A stretch of 64,000 nt of DNA, taken from assembly GCA_963708035.1 (NCBI GenBank), contig OY970188.1, positions 291,233 through 355,232 on the forward strand, written 5' to 3'. The DNA comes from an uncultured Actinomycetota bacterium (lineage in GTDB: Bacteria; Actinomycetota; Actinomycetes; Propionibacteriales; Nocardioidaceae). The notes beneath the pieces were generated by a model that did not search any database, was not told the DNA's origin, and saw only the letters and a list, made by a program, of their open reading frames with translations. Below, piece by piece: positions 62,722 to 64,000 of the stretch; the stretch's first letter is position 1; each line of letters begins with the position of its first letter. The translations under genes were made by a program, and so were the position numbers.

Positions 62722-63996
62722 TTACGGCGCGAGGCGGTGGAGGTCTCTCGGGAACAACGTGACCTCGCGGATGTTGTGCGCCTCCACGAGCCGCCCGACC
62801 CAGCGCTCGAGCCCGATCGCGAAGCCGCCGTGCGGCGGGATGCCGCGCCGGAAGGCCTCGACGTACGACGCGTACGGCGCGTAGGGGTAGCCCCGCTCCT
62901 CCAGGGCGCGGACGTAGTCGGCGTACCGGTGCAGCCGCTGGGCTCCACTGACCAGCTCGACGCCGCGGAAGATCAGGTCGAAGGACCTGCTCCAGCGCGG
63001 GTCGTCCGGGTCGGGATGGCTGTAGAACGCACGATGCGCGGTCGGGTAGCCCTCGACGAGGACGAAGTCCGAGCCGTGCTCGTCGCGGCCCCAGTCGCCG
63101 ATCGCCCGCTCGTGGGCCGGGTTCAGGTCGTGCTCGTCTGAGGGAGCCCCGGCGATCTCGAGCGCGTCGCGGAAGTGCAGCGTCGGGATCTGCGCCGGCA
63201 CGCCGGGCAGCTCGAGGCCGAGCCGCTCGGCCGCGGGCGCGGCGTACCGGCGTACGCCGTCGACCATGCCGGCCACGACGTCGCGCAGGCACTGCATGAC
63301 CTCGTGGTGGTCCTCGACGAACCCGAGCTCGACGTCGAGCGAGACGTACTCCGCGAGGTGCCGCACCGTGTCGTGCGGCTCGGCGCGGAAGACCGGCCCG
63401 ACCTCGTACACGCGTTCGAAGACCCCGACCAGCTGCTGCTTGTAGAACTGCGGGCTCTGGGCGAGGTACGCCGGCCGGCCGAAGTAGTCGACCGTGAAGA
63501 CGTTGGCGCCGCTCTCGGTCGCCTGCTCGACGAGCTTGGGGGAGTGGACCTCGGTGAAGTCCCGGGCGTCCAACGTCTCGCGGAAGCCGCGCAGGCTGGC
63601 GGCGGCCAGCTCCCACTTCGCGCGCTGGGCCGGGTGGCGCCAGGTCGTCGCGGCGTGGTCGAGCAGCGTCGGCAGGCCGGTGTCGAGGGTCGGCCGCCAG
63701 AGCTCGACTGCGGGCGTCTCGGCCGGCTCGCCGAGGGCGGTCACGGTTGCGTCGGTGACCTCGACGCCGCCGGGTGCCTGGTCGTTGGCCGTGGCGACGC
63801 CGCGCACGTCGACGGGGGTCTCCTCGGGTGGGAGCGCGGTGCCGGCGGGCAGCACCACCTGGGCCAGGCCGGCGCGGTCGCGGACGACCAGGAAGGTGAC
63901 CTTCGCCAGCTCGCGGCGTCGGTGCACCCAGCCCTGGAGCCGGACCTCCTCACCGGGAGTCGTCTCGGGCAGCGCGGATGTGAGTGTGCGTCTCAT
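62722..63996 (-). CDS. aspS: Short archaeal-type aspartyl-tRNA synthetase, probably non-discriminating (Asp/Asn)
   Basis: GWVHRRR, LAQSPQFYKQ, FRAE, GFAIGLER; 424 aa with no bacterial GAD insertion. Confidence 0.9.
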   Translation of the reverse strand: MRRTLTSALPETTPGEEVRLQGWVHRRRELAKVTFLVVRDRAGLAQVVLPAGTALPPEETPVDVRGVATANDQAPGGVEVTDATVTALGEPAETPAVELWRPTLDTGLPTLLDHAATTWRHPAQRAKWELAAASLRGFRETLDARDFTEVHSPKLVEQATESGANVFTVDYFGRPAYLAQSPQFYKQQLVGVFERVYEVGPVFRAEPHDTVRHLAEYVSLDVELGFVEDHHEVMQCLRDVVAGMVDGVRRYAAPAAERLGLELPGVPAQIPTLHFRDALEIAGAPSDEHDLNPAHERAIGDWGRDEHGSDFVLVEGYPTAHRAFYSHPDPDDPRWSRSFDLIFRGVELVSGAQRLHRYADYVRALEERGYPYAPYASYVEAFRRGIPPHGGFAIGLERWVGRLVEAHNIREVTLFPRDLHRLAP

Positions 63997-64000
63997 GGTT

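Noticed and set aside
62750-62775. SigH/SigR-like GGAAC-N17-GTT promoter
   Set aside because: It lies antisense inside the conserved aspS C-terminal coding motif (HNIREVTLFPRD), so it is explained by protein constraint

Overview
High-GC actinobacterial chromosome segment, probably Nocardioidaceae (inferred from gene content and style). The backbone resembles the conserved actinobacterial block known from M. tuberculosis Rv1083-Rv1112: YyaL-type thioredoxin protein, hemolysin III, cis-prenyltransferase, PIN-PhoH, fumC, glpX, DUF4245, xseBA, ispH and ychF. mshB and a short archaeal-type non-discriminating aspS lie at the right end. Accessory blocks are interleaved. From 12.5 to 35.5 kb: an FAD-oxidoreductase-TPR fusion, a multiply frameshifted ECF sigma/partner pair, class I fumarase, Tat phospholipase C, a LacI + beta-glucoside ABC + GH1 operon with a perfect 24-bp operator, and an LpqY-SugABC-like importer. 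From 36.5 to 39.6 kb: ArsB/SLC13-modB-modC with no modA. From 45.7 to 49.6 kb: His-rich secreted proteins. From 50.7 to 54.8 kb: a compositionally different, decaying island (truncated arsI, arsR-aqpS-arsC, TauE pseudogene, broken secreted-protein gene) fused to the ychF 3' end. Other notable items are a 10-bp tandem duplication frameshifting a GtrA gene, two REP-like tandem repeats overlapping coding sequence, structured leaders before phoH and a transglycosylase, and many leaderless-type promoters. I found no rRNA, tRNA, CRISPR array, integrase or transposase. Most long overlapping ORFs in the track are GC-rich shadow ORFs. Family calls come from recognising motifs by eye, not from database searches. 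No single new system is proven; the best leads are listed as findings.
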